This document shows, piece after piece, positions 62,401-64,000 of a DNA stretch of 64,000 nt (position 1 is the stretch's first letter; each line of letters begins with the position of its first letter). The position numbers were made by a program, and so were the translations under genes. The DNA comes from Thecamonas trahens ATCC 50062. Taxonomy: Eukaryota; Protista; Apusomonadida. A model generated the notes under the pieces. The model had not been told where the DNA came from, did not search any database, and worked only from the letters and a program-made list of their open reading frames with translations. The stretch is from NCBI RefSeq assembly GCF_000142905.1, contig NW_013657613.1, positions 52,502 to 116,501 of the forward strand, read 5' to 3'.

Positions 62401-64000
62401 TTTCGCGGCATTGAGAAGCGGTTTGTGGGCTTTCCGGACGTCCATGACGGAGCCGTGCCCAAGGCTGCGGCTGTGCCTGTGGCGTCGACGCTGACGGCCT
62501 GTCCGCGGTGCGCATGGCTACGCGGAGCGGTTGATCGTGAGCTGGTGTTCAAGATGGCGTGTGCGACGACAGGCGTTCGATTCGAGGTGACCTCGTCGTA
62601 CCTTGCGCCCGAGACGATGGCGCCGCTAAGCGTGGAGCAGCTTGCAGGCGTAGGGGTGGTCTCGCGGCACCTGGAGGTACTCCCGCTTGTTCATGCCTCG
62701 ACCGAGCTTGACACAGTGTATGCGAGCGAGCTTGCACGGCTGGCGCGACTGGCGGACGAGGCTGGCGCGCGGGGTCTTGATGGCGCGCAGGTGAGCGGAG
62801 GCGGGTTCTTGATCCCGCAGCTGCAAGTGGCTGTGGACGCGACGGTGCCAGGGCGAGCGGTCAAGGTGGTGCGGGCCATGGTGCGGGTCCATCTCAATGT
62901 GGCAGAGCTTGCCGCAGCGTCAGGCGAGGAGGCGCAGGCGGTGTCGGCGTTCCGGGCTGGGCTTCATCTGGCGGGCCTGGTGTGGGGAACTGGTGATCTG
63001 GCACATCTCTATGCATGGCAGCAGTACGCAGATGTGGTGTCTCGGATGGACGGTGGCGGGCTTCAAGTGGCTCGGGTCACGTACGAGTGGCTACTTGCAC
63101 AGCTGCCTGGAGCGCCGGGCCCGCCGCCGACGGCGCAGGCAGTGCCGCTGTATGTAGATGTGCAGAACAATCTGGGCAATGTGTTGATGGCGTTGGGTGA
63201 CGAGGCAGGAGCTGTGGAGGCGTACTCGGCGGCGGTTGCGCTGCGGGAAGCGGATGGTATGCGTGCTGAGGCGCTGGTCAACGTCCTCAATAACCTAGCG
63301 CTGGCTCACTCGAGCAGCGAGCCGGACAAGGCGCTGGCGCTCTTCCAGCGAACACTCAAGCTGCTTGACGGCGGGTTGGTGATGGACAAGGCAGCGCGTG
63401 CGATGGTGCTGAACAACATGGCGGTGCTTGTGGAGCGGTCGCTGGTGGACGTAGCAGGTGGAGGCGGCGGGCTACTAGCGCCTGCGCGGCGGATGAGTCA
63501 GGTGAGCGGGGCAGAGGCGCGGGTGCTGGCGATGTACTCACGGGCGCACGCGCTCAAGGCGAAGAGCCTGCCGGCAGATGATGAGCGGCTGGCGTCGACG
63601 GCGTTCAATCTGGGGCGGCTTGCGGTGGTGCTGGGGTGCTACGGCGAGGCGCTGCCGTATCTGACGCCGCTGGCGGCATCGGGTTCGACCGAGGCTGGGG
63701 TGCTTGTGGCGCGTGCGCACATCGGACTGGGTGCGCCAAGCAAGGCGCTGCCTGTGCTCTATGGACTTGTGGAGGACGCGCGACGCGGTGTGCGGCGCGG
63801 GAGCGAGCGAAAGGCTGTATTTGCAGCGGTGTGCGCGCTGGCAGAGCACTACGAGGCGCTGGCGGGCGCGCAAGCGGCGGCGGGACAGCTGAGCGGCGCG
63901 CGGCGGAGCTATCTGCTGCTACTGCAGATGCTTGCGCGGGTGTATGGGCCGCGGCATCCTGTGCTGTGCCGGCCGTTGCGGCGTGTGGCGCAGGTGCTTG
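59435..64000 (+). CDS. 2x CAP-Gly + CLU (CLUH/Clu1-type) + TPR protein; apparent 1-nt frameshift near 60760; runs off the window
   Basis: GKHDG and GKNDG CAP-Gly motifs in frame 2. Frame 1 from about 60760 gives WNERFQ, GGMAGGDKY, LVYGSADGG, EGHLGHDGRFYVVDMARLFPP, RLLRPE, SSDAFS, GLSTRHLG, then TPRs (NNLG, NNLA, YGPRHP). Confidence 0.85.

Noticed and set aside
1-64000. tRNA, rRNA or snRNA genes
   Set aside because: No convincing cloverleaf or conserved RNA motif seen by eye; tRNAscan-SE/Infernal would be needed to exclude them

Overview
GC-rich, gene-dense, intron-poor eukaryotic nuclear DNA from a draft assembly with six N-gaps, mostly flanked by poly-G/C tracts. The style resembles a flagellate protist such as the apusomonad Thecamonas trahens, but that is inference only. 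About 27 protein-coding loci are supportable. Core genes include U2AF65, CPSF73, APC2, PCH2/TRIP13, squalene synthase, isopentenyl phosphate kinase, Serinc, TMEM164, HTD2-like, an Ank-DHHC palmitoyltransferase, a class III aminotransferase, an SDR, a PhyH dioxygenase and a SMYD. Several have unusual architectures: CPSF73-SAP, a degenerate sirtuin plus YEATS-like domain, DEP-PH-HMA-like, thioredoxin-IQ-PDZ, 2xCAP-Gly-CLU-TPR, and a signal peptide + SET + KDDL protein. A bacterial-type LpxL/HtrB acyltransferase is also present. Items the ORF track misses or does not reveal: a hAT transposase C-terminus at the left edge, a 551-bp TTAA-flanked deleted piggyBac, a UBL5/Hub1 pseudogene, a SET-domain fragment, and the CLU-TPR frame running off the right edge. 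The 9.2-13.0 kb patch holds a Crinkler-like nuclease-fold + kinase gene with a frameshifted 21-bp heptad-repeat header, between broken host-gene fragments. Many 5'/intergenic regions carry minisatellites, and one bipartite motif recurs upstream of two unrelated genes. All family calls come from motif recognition by eye; no database search was run.
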